Assembly (NCBI GenBank): GCA_965223845.1
Contig: CBDCXR010000004.1
Coordinates: forward strand, 1,568,001 to 1,632,000
Direction: 5' to 3'
Length of the DNA stretch: 64,000 bases
Origin: Planctomycetota bacterium
Lineage (GTDB): Bacteria; Planctomycetota; UBA8108; SXIK01
In this document: in pieces, positions 9,601-17,699 of the stretch
How positions within the stretch are numbered: the first letter of the stretch is position 1
Layout of the letters: every line of letters starts with the position of its first letter
Notes under the pieces: model-generated
Told to the model about the DNA's origin: nothing
What the model saw: the letters and a program-made list of their open reading frames with translations, nothing else
The model's database searches: none
Program-made: the position numbers and the translations under genes

Positions 9601-12600
9601 GACGGGACCTACGGTGGTGGGTGTCAGCTTTTCATCGACGGAGTGCCCGCGGGCGAAAACAACCTCTCGGCCGAGCTGATCAGCGCGATCCCCGCGCCGG
9701 GCGAGCGCGACGCGCGGGCGACGTCGCTCGCGGTTCGCAACGGCGAGCGCTTTCCGCGCGAGGGGGCCGTCGTCCTCGGGGGCGAGATCTTCGAGTACGT
9801 ACGAAGCGGAAACTCGCTTCAGATTCGGCGCGAGCCGAAGTCTTCGTGGCAGCTCCAGCCCGACAAGCTGAACGACGCGATCCCCGCGCTCGGAAACCGG
9901 GCGCCGCGGCTCTGGTACCGCGATCTCGATGCGGTGAAGATCGGTCCCGGCGGCGGGCGAATTCCGGCGCCACCGGACGAAGACCGTCCGCGCGGGAGCG
10001 GGGGCACGGGCGGTAGCGGCGGGACCGGAGGACGGGGGAAGCGCGAGGGCGAGCCGTCCCTCACGGCGAAGGCACTCGGGCAGACGGTACCTCCCGGCGG
10101 AGGGGGAGCGGGACCCCGCGGTCCCGGAGGAACCGGGCCCGGCGGCGGCCTACCCGGCGGCGGGGGGCCGGGGGCCACACTTCCCCTCGATCGAGTCGAC
10201 GTCATGCGAGGTCCGTGGAACCGGCGCGGATCGACCGGTGCGGCGCACGGCGCCGGGACGCAGGTGTCCCTCCACGGTTACTCTCTCAAAATCCGGCGTA
10301 AGCTCCGCCGATCGAACGGCGAAGAAGCCCAGACGGACGGACTGGTCTGGGGGCGCGGAGGGCGTCAGCTCGGCGACCCGCTCCCCGCGTTCCATTTCCC
10401 TCCTGGCACGCACACGATCCTTCACTACGAGATCGGACCCGGTGAGGTGGGGCCGAGCCAAGAGCGATATCTGATTCCGCTCTTTCACCTCGACGACGCC
10501 GCGGGGTTTTGGGACGACTCGTTTCTCGGTGGATACGGCTCGAGCCACGCGATGGGCAATCTGAGCGTCGCGCTTCCGGGAGCGGCCGGGCGCGTCGCCT
10601 CGGACTACTACCAGAGCCGGGGAATCGTGCTCGTGTCGAACGTCCCGGAGTTCGAGTTCGAGATCGTGGGGAACGGCAGTGCGATCATGACTTGGAGCTC
10701 GAGCGGATCGTTCCCGCTCTTCTATGAGAAGGTGCCGCTTCCGCCTCAGTACGCACAGGCACTCGGCGCTGATCCGCAGGTGCAAGTGAACGGCTCCATC
10801 ATGGCGCTCAAGATCGTCGGCGGGTATGCGGGAAGTCAAGCCGACGGCACCGGCGCGACGGCGTACGACCGCATCCTCACGAAGACCTGGCAGGCGGTTC
10901 AGGAAGCGGAGAAGTTCCTCGCGCAGTTTCCCGGGCAGTCGGGAAAGCTGCGTTGGCGTTTCGGTTACCCCGTGGTCCAGCGGAGCCTGATGGCTGACGG
11001 CTCGATTTCCGACCGCTACCCGCCGACCGGGATCCTTGAGCTGCGCGGAACGCCTGCGCCGTGGGAAACGTGGCGACGGGGGTCAGCGGGGCAGTCGGTG
11101 TTCGGCCGGCACCCGGAAGATGTCGTCGAATGGATTCGGTACGTCGACATCACGCCGCATCCGAGCGGCGGAGAGCTCTTCGTCGGGCGTATTTCGCGCC
11201 GTAGCAACTTTCGCGGCTATCCCGAACGCGATCTCGAGCTGAAGCGGCAGCTCGATCACGAACGAAGCGAGCCGCTGCGACTCGTCATGGAGCTCTCCGA
11301 GGGCGGCGCCGGTTACGGCGACTACGTCACGATCGCGACGAACGATCCGCTCAAGTACGAACCGAAAATCTACCGCGTGTTCAAATCGTTCGAGCACACC
11401 GACGGCAGATTCTTCGTCTCGCTCTACGAGACGAACTCAGCCGGTCAAGACATTCCGTCCGCGATCCAGGCGTTTCGCTACGACTACACCGCCGAAGAGA
11501 ATCCGCGGCTGGTTAAGTTCCCTTCGTGGACCCTACCTCAGATCGGGACGGGGACACTCACGTTTTTCTCCGAAGGGCAGGCGGCTTCTTCGTCGATTCG
11601 TCGCCGAACGGGCAGCAGTGTCCGCAATCGTCGCCAGCGGCGGAGCGAGGACGAGCCGACGGGAATCACGATCGACGAGATCAAGCGTTACTACAATCCT
11701 AGCGTGCCGTCGAGCCAGGCCGGCGGTTCGAGCGTTCGTTTCGTCGTGGCGCCGCTTCCGCTCCGGCTGGAGCGATCCGGCAGCAACCGGGCGATGGTCT
11801 CGGGATCGATTCCCGCGGGAAAGGCGATCACTCCATCGAGTCCGCTCGAGGTGCTCGTTGTCTCGCGGAGCACGGGAGGCGTCGTTCTGTTCGCCCAAGG
11901 CCAGAAGGAGGGCCTCCTTCGCATCGGCGACGAGCTCTTCTACTGGGAAGATCCGCGCGGCGATGGCGGCGAAGGGACGACTCAGGGAGTCGGAGGGCAG
12001 GGAGGTCAAGGGGGCCAGGGCGGGCAGGCCGGAGGGGGACGACTCACCGGGATTCGTCGCCCGACGAGCAACCCGAATCAAAACCAGAATCAGCAGAACA
12101 CGATTCAGCTCTACCGGAACGAACGCGACCCGCTGGCGCGTATGCTCGTGATCCCGCGAGTCACGGCATCGGTGAGTGGTCACTTCGAGCCGGAGGGATT
12201 TGCGCGGATTCAAGGCAATGACGCGGAGATCTCGCGCTTTTACGAGACGTTCTACTACAACCGATTTGGTGGGGGGAGCTTTTCGAATTGCCTCGGCGGG
12301 CAGTTCAACACTCCGCTCCTTCTTCAGAGCTCGAAGCTCCATCGCGGCGCGCCCATCGTCAACGTCACGCGGCGGATCCGCCTCGTCGCGCGGAGTCTTC
12401 TCGGCACCGAGCGCCGCACGCACTCGCTCGGGGACGCGGTGTCCTTCGTCCCCTACGTCCGTGCGAGCCCGATCAGCGGCCCGATGACGCACGATGGAAT
12501 TCGACTGAAGCGCGCGGAGCTGTTTCCCTCCCCGGGCTACCTCATTCTCGATGGCGGGCACCCGACCGCGCCCTGGGAGATCGCGGCTCATCTCGGGGCG

Positions 12601-13167
12601 CGAGGCGAGGGAGTGCTCGCGCGACCGCGCAGCGAGACGGGTGAAGGGATCTTCCGCGCCGCCTTCGGTACGCCGCAGCGTCCCCTCTCCCGCGACCACA
12701 TCGCGATCGAGCTCCCCTTTCGCTATCCCGACCGCTACCAAGGTGGGATCGACAGCGAGGAGCTCGCGTACTTGCAGAAGAGTTACCGCATCCCGGGGGC
12801 GCGTTGGCGCGCGCTCGAATGGCGGGAGCGAGAAACGGACCTGCGCGACCGTCTCGTCGACCTCGTCGTCGTCGCTCGCTTCGACGGCGCGCCCGAGTGG
12901 GACGCGGAGATCACGAACGAACCGGGCGGACTCTATCTCTTCGAGGACAAGAGCCGGAGTCGCCGGGAAGACCCTCGCTTCGAGCTCGACCGCTTCGCCG
13001 ACGAGATGGAGATTCGCGTCTACTTCCGGTACCGCCCCGGGGCCTACCGCCGAGTGAACGAGGACGTGTGGTCGAACGATTGGAAACAGACTCCGATCCT
13101 CGATTTCCTCAAGATCGAGTACGAGAAGGCAGGAACGAATTTGCGCCATGAGATCCTTCCCTTCTGA
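6682..13167 (+). CDS. Giant GspK/PilX-like pseudopilin, 2161 aa, with LamG domain and repeated beta modules
   Basis: ATGA overlap with upstream stop; G|VALIMVLLVL (no Glu5, as in GspK/PilX); ARLAAEAA; DEQGKINVNTA and PVNVNTA GspK motifs; LamG IEFWLR...WYQIRAVWDG...LFIDG. Confidence 0.8.
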   Translation: MNRACCEERQVSPAERESFDARGVALIMVLLVLTTLALLGVPFVVSMTLQDRESHHFAGRVSARLAAEAARNHAIAKLQNTVYSVEWEREANALEPERPKGSRKRGTTVGRRRFGAESKLGSLDRVRRNVVRGDLGETKRRLSDGLRRAARLRGDDETNENPNALPEYMRLSEKGPSEREVDSSSEIETELPEKIPLPARAESTKGPAAKKPASTRTTVGPSPAATVSLRGGVYADARVTDEQGKINVNTAPPPVIAGVLGVSELAYELGPEETRLSLVDASEFRGDHDAKSIDGAVVLWDPGGGGMEVVTYRRKIGTRLEDCFRGAFFSLPFRRGRFREGTMVFDLRGWKIAYHRLWARREGGFHPGDLTRFRTLEELRDIANWQVASLFLGRFSGRGLTAAFLRENGINVKKVSELGLDPFLFVDEVETDDRERKARLRTAERELRRLRFSANLVKRLKKARGGDVVVELAARLTGATSEDVKTLEKAVEQSLAGGKRQVPKFPRGYVRRCLEDLAAAYNTEGIETLLPGDVERLRPYLTCHSWVPVTWSEGQALLSDLVAGGDQDARLPRASEFNAGTIVRIRSRKDPTYLEFNEVSSSGPNGITLAFPVRRTLRAYDAYLQALQRHPVNVNTASRRVLRAALAGLKGEDKKARVTLYEADGIAGRIVGARPLDGFAALYRLFDEAGENDDALDDEDVKVLLTNAVQPTHASLRASSIGFTFRTGDVYSIDSRAVVRAPSGRSVAQVQFRDLWEASAPGTRSIGLLTQRDFSEGSYLVDPLLGGRFPDFHHRFLLAFSGTRGRWLDSRPLVLHRAPRHFAAGDLGSLRLLHSESVEGPPGFVIDRIQHFRDTYDGLELEAGEPYAIAFGAGTSDLSTVPAGIEFWLRMSTYPTERSVDGHMVLFSTGDDPERNRIALLYDQRRGAFLLRVYDASLPDPSMRSVRDGGPYLEISAFRPLELETWYQIRAVWDGTYGGGCQLFIDGVPAGENNLSAELISAIPAPGERDARATSLAVRNGERFPREGAVVLGGEIFEYVRSGNSLQIRREPKSSWQLQPDKLNDAIPALGNRAPRLWYRDLDAVKIGPGGGRIPAPPDEDRPRGSGGTGGSGGTGGRGKREGEPSLTAKALGQTVPPGGGGAGPRGPGGTGPGGGLPGGGGPGATLPLDRVDVMRGPWNRRGSTGAAHGAGTQVSLHGYSLKIRRKLRRSNGEEAQTDGLVWGRGGRQLGDPLPAFHFPPGTHTILHYEIGPGEVGPSQERYLIPLFHLDDAAGFWDDSFLGGYGSSHAMGNLSVALPGAAGRVASDYYQSRGIVLVSNVPEFEFEIVGNGSAIMTWSSSGSFPLFYEKVPLPPQYAQALGADPQVQVNGSIMALKIVGGYAGSQADGTGATAYDRILTKTWQAVQEAEKFLAQFPGQSGKLRWRFGYPVVQRSLMADGSISDRYPPTGILELRGTPAPWETWRRGSAGQSVFGRHPEDVVEWIRYVDITPHPSGGELFVGRISRRSNFRGYPERDLELKRQLDHERSEPLRLVMELSEGGAGYGDYVTIATNDPLKYEPKIYRVFKSFEHTDGRFFVSLYETNSAGQDIPSAIQAFRYDYTAEENPRLVKFPSWTLPQIGTGTLTFFSEGQAASSSIRRRTGSSVRNRRQRRSEDEPTGITIDEIKRYYNPSVPSSQAGGSSVRFVVAPLPLRLERSGSNRAMVSGSIPAGKAITPSSPLEVLVVSRSTGGVVLFAQGQKEGLLRIGDELFYWEDPRGDGGEGTTQGVGGQGGQGGQGGQAGGGRLTGIRRPTSNPNQNQNQQNTIQLYRNERDPLARMLVIPRVTASVSGHFEPEGFARIQGNDAEISRFYETFYYNRFGGGSFSNCLGGQFNTPLLLQSSKLHRGAPIVNVTRRIRLVARSLLGTERRTHSLGDAVSFVPYVRASPISGPMTHDGIRLKRAELFPSPGYLILDGGHPTAPWEIAAHLGARGEGVLARPRSETGEGIFRAAFGTPQRPLSRDHIAIELPFRYPDRYQGGIDSEELAYLQKSYRIPGARWRALEWRERETDLRDRLVDLVVVARFDGAPEWDAEITNEPGGLYLFEDKSRSRREDPRFELDRFADEMEIRVYFRYRPGAYRRVNEDVWSNDWKQTPILDFLKIEYEKAGTNLRHEILPF

Positions 13168-14560
13168 CGCCGCCGCCGCGCGGCGGCGGAGGAGCGATCT
13201 CGGCGACCAGCGAAGCTTGGCGTGGTCGACTCCCGACGGCTCGACGTCGCAGCGGCTGCCTGGCTGCCGTTCGGCCGGTTACACGCTCATGGAGATCATC
13301 GTCGCGACGGGGCTCCTCGTCGCGCTCGGCGGGGGACTTGTGACTCTGCTCCGGGAGGGCGTGGGGATTTGGGAAACCGCGAGTGAGCGAGGCCGCGTGT
13401 ACGAGGAGGCGCGGGCGGTGCTCGACCTCATCACCGAGGACCTTCGGTCGACGGCGATTCGCGCGCACAGCTCGGCGGACGATTCGTGGATACGCTTCCT
13501 CGCGGATGCGGTTTCGCCCGAAACTCACGGCAAGCAGAAGTCGGAGTTCCGTGCCGTGCAGCGCCTTCGCTTCGTGCGGACGACAGGCGGTGAGATGGCC
13601 GACCCGATTCTCCGTCACGGAGGGAAGAAGCTCGCATCGCGCACTCCGCTTTACTACGACGGGTCGCCGCTCTCGGGGGCCGCGGAATCCGGACTTCTTC
13701 GTCCGGCGGCCGGGACGATGGAAGTTCTCTACATGCTCGATCCGCGTCAGGATTCACGCACTTTGTGGCGTGCGGTGCGAGCGCCGGTCGGAGGGGCGGA
13801 CTCTCTCTTCATCGACGCCAACGTCGCTCCCCCGCTAAAGGCCGTTACGCCGCCGAAGGCTCCGGCGAAACCCGCGGGCAGCGCAGCGACGAGCGCGACG
13901 GATCCCACGGCCAAGACGACGGCCCCGCCGCCCGCGCCGCCGCCGTTCTACTTGAGCCGCTTCGCGACGCCGGTCTCGGAACAGGTCCTCTATGTCGGCT
14001 TTCGTTTCTGGACTCGCAGCACGACGACGTGGGCGGAAACGGAGAGCACGAGCGCTCGAGCCGCGACCGTAGCCGTGGGGCCGAGCTGGTACTGGGACTC
14101 GACTCGCGCGCTTCTTCGACCGAAGTCGAGAACGCGAACGACGAGGACGGGATCCGTCGAGGACGCGAGCGACGACGTCTTTCCGGAGTTCGTCGAGGTC
14201 ACGCTCGCCCTCGAGCCGAAGGAAGAGGTGCTCGGCCCTCGGCTCACGGCGCCGATGACGGCACAAGATTCGACGATTCAGCTGTCGACGCCGCTCGATC
14301 TCCCGGAACGCGCCGGCGGAAACTACGTCCTCGTGGGGAACGAGTGGATCGCGGTCGAGCGCCTGTCGGGATCGACCCTCGCAGTGCGGAAAGGCGGACG
14401 CGGCGTGCGCGGCTCCACGCCATCGGCGCATTCGCGCGGGACCCGCGTCCGGAGCGGGATCGAGTTCCGGCGAGTGGTCGCCATTCCGAGCTACCGCACT
14501 GGGTCGGAGCCGCCGAAATCGACGCGACGCACGCTGCGAAAGCGAGGACGGGGACGATGA
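13148..14560 (+). CDS. GspJ/PilW-like minor pseudopilin
   Basis: G|YTLMEIIVATGLLVAL; ARAVLDLITEDLRS; EVLY; TLWR; FPEFVEVTL, GspJ-like architecture. Confidence 0.8.
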   Translation: MRSFPSDAAAARRRRSDLGDQRSLAWSTPDGSTSQRLPGCRSAGYTLMEIIVATGLLVALGGGLVTLLREGVGIWETASERGRVYEEARAVLDLITEDLRSTAIRAHSSADDSWIRFLADAVSPETHGKQKSEFRAVQRLRFVRTTGGEMADPILRHGGKKLASRTPLYYDGSPLSGAAESGLLRPAAGTMEVLYMLDPRQDSRTLWRAVRAPVGGADSLFIDANVAPPLKAVTPPKAPAKPAGSAATSATDPTAKTTAPPPAPPPFYLSRFATPVSEQVLYVGFRFWTRSTTTWAETESTSARAATVAVGPSWYWDSTRALLRPKSRTRTTRTGSVEDASDDVFPEFVEVTLALEPKEEVLGPRLTAPMTAQDSTIQLSTPLDLPERAGGNYVLVGNEWIAVERLSGSTLAVRKGGRGVRGSTPSAHSRGTRVRSGIEFRRVVAIPSYRTGSEPPKSTRRTLRKRGRGR

Positions 14561-14994
14561 TCGCCGTGACGCGTCGATTCGGAGGTTTCACCGGGTCACA
14601 GGGCTTCTCGCTTCTCGAAGTGCTGATCGCCATGTTCGTGCTCTCGGTCGGAGCGGCGAGTGTGATCTCGCTCTTCGCCGCCGGCTCGTCGACGCACCGC
14701 CGCTCCGTCGATCGTACGCGCGCGGCACTCGTCGCGGAGCAGGTCATCGCCGAGGCTGCGATCGCCTATGTCCCGGGCCGCACGGCGGCCGAGATTCCGG
14801 GAGTCGTTCAAGGCCGGCTCCCCGCCGTGATCGACGGCTACCGATTCGACCTGACGGTAGCGCATCCCCAGGGAAAAGAGTGGCAGCCGTCCGAGCTCGT
14901 CGTCCACGTCGCCGTGCGCTGGCAGGAGAGTGGTCAAGCGCGAGCCGAGACGTTCACGACGATCCTCCTTCCGCGCGCGCCGGCGATTCGCTGA
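14557..14994 (+). CDS. GspI/PilV-like minor pseudopilin, 145 aa
   Basis: ATGA overlap; G|FSLLEVLIAMFVLSVG; VHVAVRW C-terminal strand. Confidence 0.8.
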   Translation: MIAVTRRFGGFTGSQGFSLLEVLIAMFVLSVGAASVISLFAAGSSTHRRSVDRTRAALVAEQVIAEAAIAYVPGRTAAEIPGVVQGRLPAVIDGYRFDLTVAHPQGKEWQPSELVVHVAVRWQESGQARAETFTTILLPRAPAIR

Positions 14995-15003
14995 GGGGAT
15001 CGA

Positions 15004-16158
15004 CTATCTCGTTCGAGCCTCGGGCATGGGGCCGGCGCGCGCCAGCACCATCTCGAGCCCCGCCTTGGGATCGCCTCCCCTCTTCATCCCGCGATCTGCG
15101 TCGTAGAGCGCTTCCAGAATCTGCGCGATTCGAGCGCCGGGAGTCGCGCGCAACTGACGCTCGAATCGCCCGAGAAACGGACGCTGGACGAGACCCTCCC
15201 GGAGCCAGTCGTCGGAGCTCGCACCGCGACGGTGCATCTCCTGCGCCCGGCGGAGGCCGCGGAGTCGGGGGACGATCGCTCCGATGAAGAGCTGCGCGAC
15301 TCCCATGGGATCCGTGGACTTCGCGCCGCGCGGACCGGACGAGTAACCGTGGGTGAACAGCCGCTCGGCTTCGGCGAGCGCCTCGCTTCTTCGTCCCTCG
15401 AGAAAGAGATCGATGAGGTGGAACACCGAGCTGTCGTGCGCGTCGGCGGTGATCGCGAGAATGTCCGCTTCCTTCACTTCTGGATCGCCCCGCGCCGTGG
15501 TCAGGGTAACGAACTTTTCGAGCTCTTCGTCGAGAACCGAGAGATCCGTGCCCGCTCGCTCGTGGAGCACGAACGCCGTTCGGAGGTCGAGCTCGAGGCC
15601 CCTCGACCGCGCTTCGGCAACGATCCAACGCGACAGCTCGCTGTCCCACGCTGGCGTCCGAGAGTCCCACGGCGGCGGCCGGTCGTAGGGCTGCGCGCAG
15701 TCGACGATCCAGCCGAAACGACCGATCGCCTTCGTGATCTTTCGCCTGCCGTCGAGCTTTCCCGCGACGAGGGCGACAAGATACCCGCCCGAGAAACCGG
15801 TCTCGAGGAAGGGCGAGAGGAGATCGCCGTGGGCGGAGAGAAACGCGCCGGCGTCTTCGAGAACGACGACACGGTAGGGCGAAAAAAAGGACGGCGTGCG
15901 CAGCTCGTCGAGGACCTGCGCCGGGGGAAGCGTCGAGAGCTCTCGGTCGTTCGCCGGCCCGCGAAACTGCGAGACGACCCGCTCGCTCGCATCGCCGAAT
16001 ACGGTCTCGGTGAATCGCGCGACCACTCTCTTCTTGAGAAACGCGCAGCCACCCGTTAGAGCGACCACCGGCGGGAGAGGGTTCCAGCGCTTCTTCGCCA
16101 TCAGCGCGGTGTACGCGATGCCAGCCGACTGCGCGCGGGAGGACGAGCGCTTCGCCAT
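15004..16158 (-). CDS. holA: DNA polymerase III subunit delta
   Basis: VVALTG..FLKK; LDELRTPSFFSPYRVVVLEDA; KLDGRRK; GTDL..LDEELEK; VFHLID; LYDADRGMKRG. Confidence 0.85.
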   Translation of the reverse strand: MAKRSSSRAQSAGIAYTALMAKKRWNPLPPVVALTGGCAFLKKRVVARFTETVFGDASERVVSQFRGPANDRELSTLPPAQVLDELRTPSFFSPYRVVVLEDAGAFLSAHGDLLSPFLETGFSGGYLVALVAGKLDGRRKITKAIGRFGWIVDCAQPYDRPPPWDSRTPAWDSELSRWIVAEARSRGLELDLRTAFVLHERAGTDLSVLDEELEKFVTLTTARGDPEVKEADILAITADAHDSSVFHLIDLFLEGRRSEALAEAERLFTHGYSSGPRGAKSTDPMGVAQLFIGAIVPRLRGLRRAQEMHRRGASSDDWLREGLVQRPFLGRFERQLRATPGARIAQILEALYDADRGMKRGGDPKAGLEMVLARAGPMPEARTR

Positions 16159-16275
16159 CGCCTTACCTCGAAACTGGCCCGGCCTGCCGTGGCCTCGGGC
16201 ACAGCCTCGTTCCTCGAGGTCGTCCCCGGCGACTCTCGCACTCTCGCGCCAGCTGAATCATGACCCGACTCGAGC

Positions 16276-16704
16276 TCACGCCCGGGCGTAGAGTTGATGG
16301 ACGACTTGGATGCACGTCTCGGCGATGAGCGTCAGGCCGAGCGACTCTGCACGCGCGATCGCCGCGGGTGACGACACTCCGAGTTGAAGCCACACCGGGC
16401 CGAGTCCGAGCTCCGCCGCCTCTTCGAGGAGTGCCGGAACAGCTTCGGGGCGGCGGAAGACGAGAACGAGGTCGATCTCGGCACGGACGTCATCCGGAAT
16501 ATCGCTCAGGGAATCGTAGCACGGGGCGTCGAGGACGCGGTCGAGCGACGGATGAACGCCGACGATGCGTTTTCCGGCCGACTGAAGGTAGGCGCTCACC
16601 CGATGGGAGTCACGCTCGGGTCGAGGGGAAATCCCCACGACCGCGATGGTCGTCGCTTCCGCCGCGATCGAACGGATCACCGCCGGATCTTCGATGAGAG
16701 GCAT
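16276..16704 (-). CDS. CoA-binding protein (YccU family)
   Basis: TIAVVGISPRPERDSHRV..YL; IDLVLVFRRPE; VWLQLGV; CI. Confidence 0.9.
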   Translation of the reverse strand: MPLIEDPAVIRSIAAEATTIAVVGISPRPERDSHRVSAYLQSAGKRIVGVHPSLDRVLDAPCYDSLSDIPDDVRAEIDLVLVFRRPEAVPALLEEAAELGLGPVWLQLGVSSPAAIARAESLGLTLIAETCIQVVHQLYARA

Positions 16705-17235
16705 CTACTGAATCTCCTCGAGATAGCGCAGGACGAGATGCTCATCGTCGACCGTACGCAGGCGCTCCACCGCGTCGGGTTGGAGGAGGAACTTAGCGAG
16801 GCTCTTGTAGACTCGAAGGTAGGTGCGGTCGTCGTACGGAGGCGCGATCATCGCGAAAAAAAGATGGACGGGTTCGTCGTCGGGAGCGCCGAACGGGAGC
16901 CCTTCGGTCGATCGGGCGAAGGCCATCACGAACGACTTCGCTTGGAGCGTCCGCAGATGAGGGAGGGCGATTCCGCCCCCGAGCGCCGTCGGTGCTTTCT
17001 TCTCGCGATCGTAGAGCTCGCGGGTGAGCTTCCGCGGGTTGGCGACCGCCCCGGTTGCCTCGAACAGCGTCGTGAGCTCCGCGGCGACACTCTCACGGAT
17101 CCGATTGAGGTTCCGTTTGTCGGTCTCGTCGAAGTCGTCCGAATCGCCGTCGTTCGTGTTTCGGTCGCCCGGAATCGCTCGCGTTTCGAGCTCCAAACAT
17201 ACGGATTCCGGTCGCAGGAATCGCCGCAGCTTCAC
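16705..17235 (-). CDS. PTS sugar transporter IIA (fructose/Ntr-type) domain protein, 176 aa
   Basis: GTG start VKLRRFL; LYDREKKAPTALGGGIALPHLR with phospho-His; FGAPDDEPVHLFF. Confidence 0.85.
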   Translation of the reverse strand: MKLRRFLRPESVCLELETRAIPGDRNTNDGDSDDFDETDKRNLNRIRESVAAELTTLFEATGAVANPRKLTRELYDREKKAPTALGGGIALPHLRTLQAKSFVMAFARSTEGLPFGAPDDEPVHLFFAMIAPPYDDRTYLRVYKSLAKFLLQPDAVERLRTVDDEHLVLRYLEEIQ

Positions 17236-17416
17236 GAAAGGATGTCCATCGTCACCAAGACTCTCGAACCGCCCCCCGAAGTGCGGGGACGGGGATCCGA
17301 CGTCCACCGCGGGAGACTCACCCCGGTGCCGGCGTATCCTATCCGACGACCCGGGGCGAAGAAAGAGAACGGGAGTCGGTCGCTGCCGTTCCGGTCGCGG
17401 CCTCGGTGGCCTCGCC

Positions 17417-17445
17417 TTGATCCCCATCGGCGCCGGTGCTATAAG
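17417..17445 (+). promoter_or_regulatory. sigma70-type promoter of tRNA-Arg
   Basis: TTGATC-N17-TATAAG with extended -10 TG, about 40 bp upstream of the tRNA. Confidence 0.65.
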
Positions 17446-17484
17446 GGCCGGATCCGGTGGAGGCCACGTCTCCGCCGATGCCGA

Positions 17485-17561
17485 GGCCCCGTAGCTCAGC
17501 TGAATAGAGCGTCTGCCTCCGAAGCAGAAGGTCGCAGGTTTGAATCCTGCCGGGGTCACCA
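17485..17561 (+). tRNA. tRNA-Arg(CCG)
   Basis: Acceptor GGCCCCG/CGGGGTC, D arm GCTC..GAGC, anticodon stem TCTGC/GCAGA with loop CT-CCG-AA, T arm GCAGG/CCTGC, encoded CCA. Confidence 0.95.
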
Positions 17562-17567
17562 CCGGAG

Positions 17568-17600
17568 GGACTCGCGGCGTGCGCTCGCGAGTCCGTTTTT
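17568..17600 (+). terminator. Intrinsic terminator after tRNA-Arg
   Basis: GGACTCGCG...CGCGAGTCC stem followed by GTTTTT. Confidence 0.75.
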
Positions 17601-17699
17601 GTATTCGCACCGACGCGTCGTGCGCCGAATCGGGGCGGTCGCGACGGCGACGACGGTGGCGGCGGGTCGACGCGCACGGATCCTTCGAGTACGGATCGC

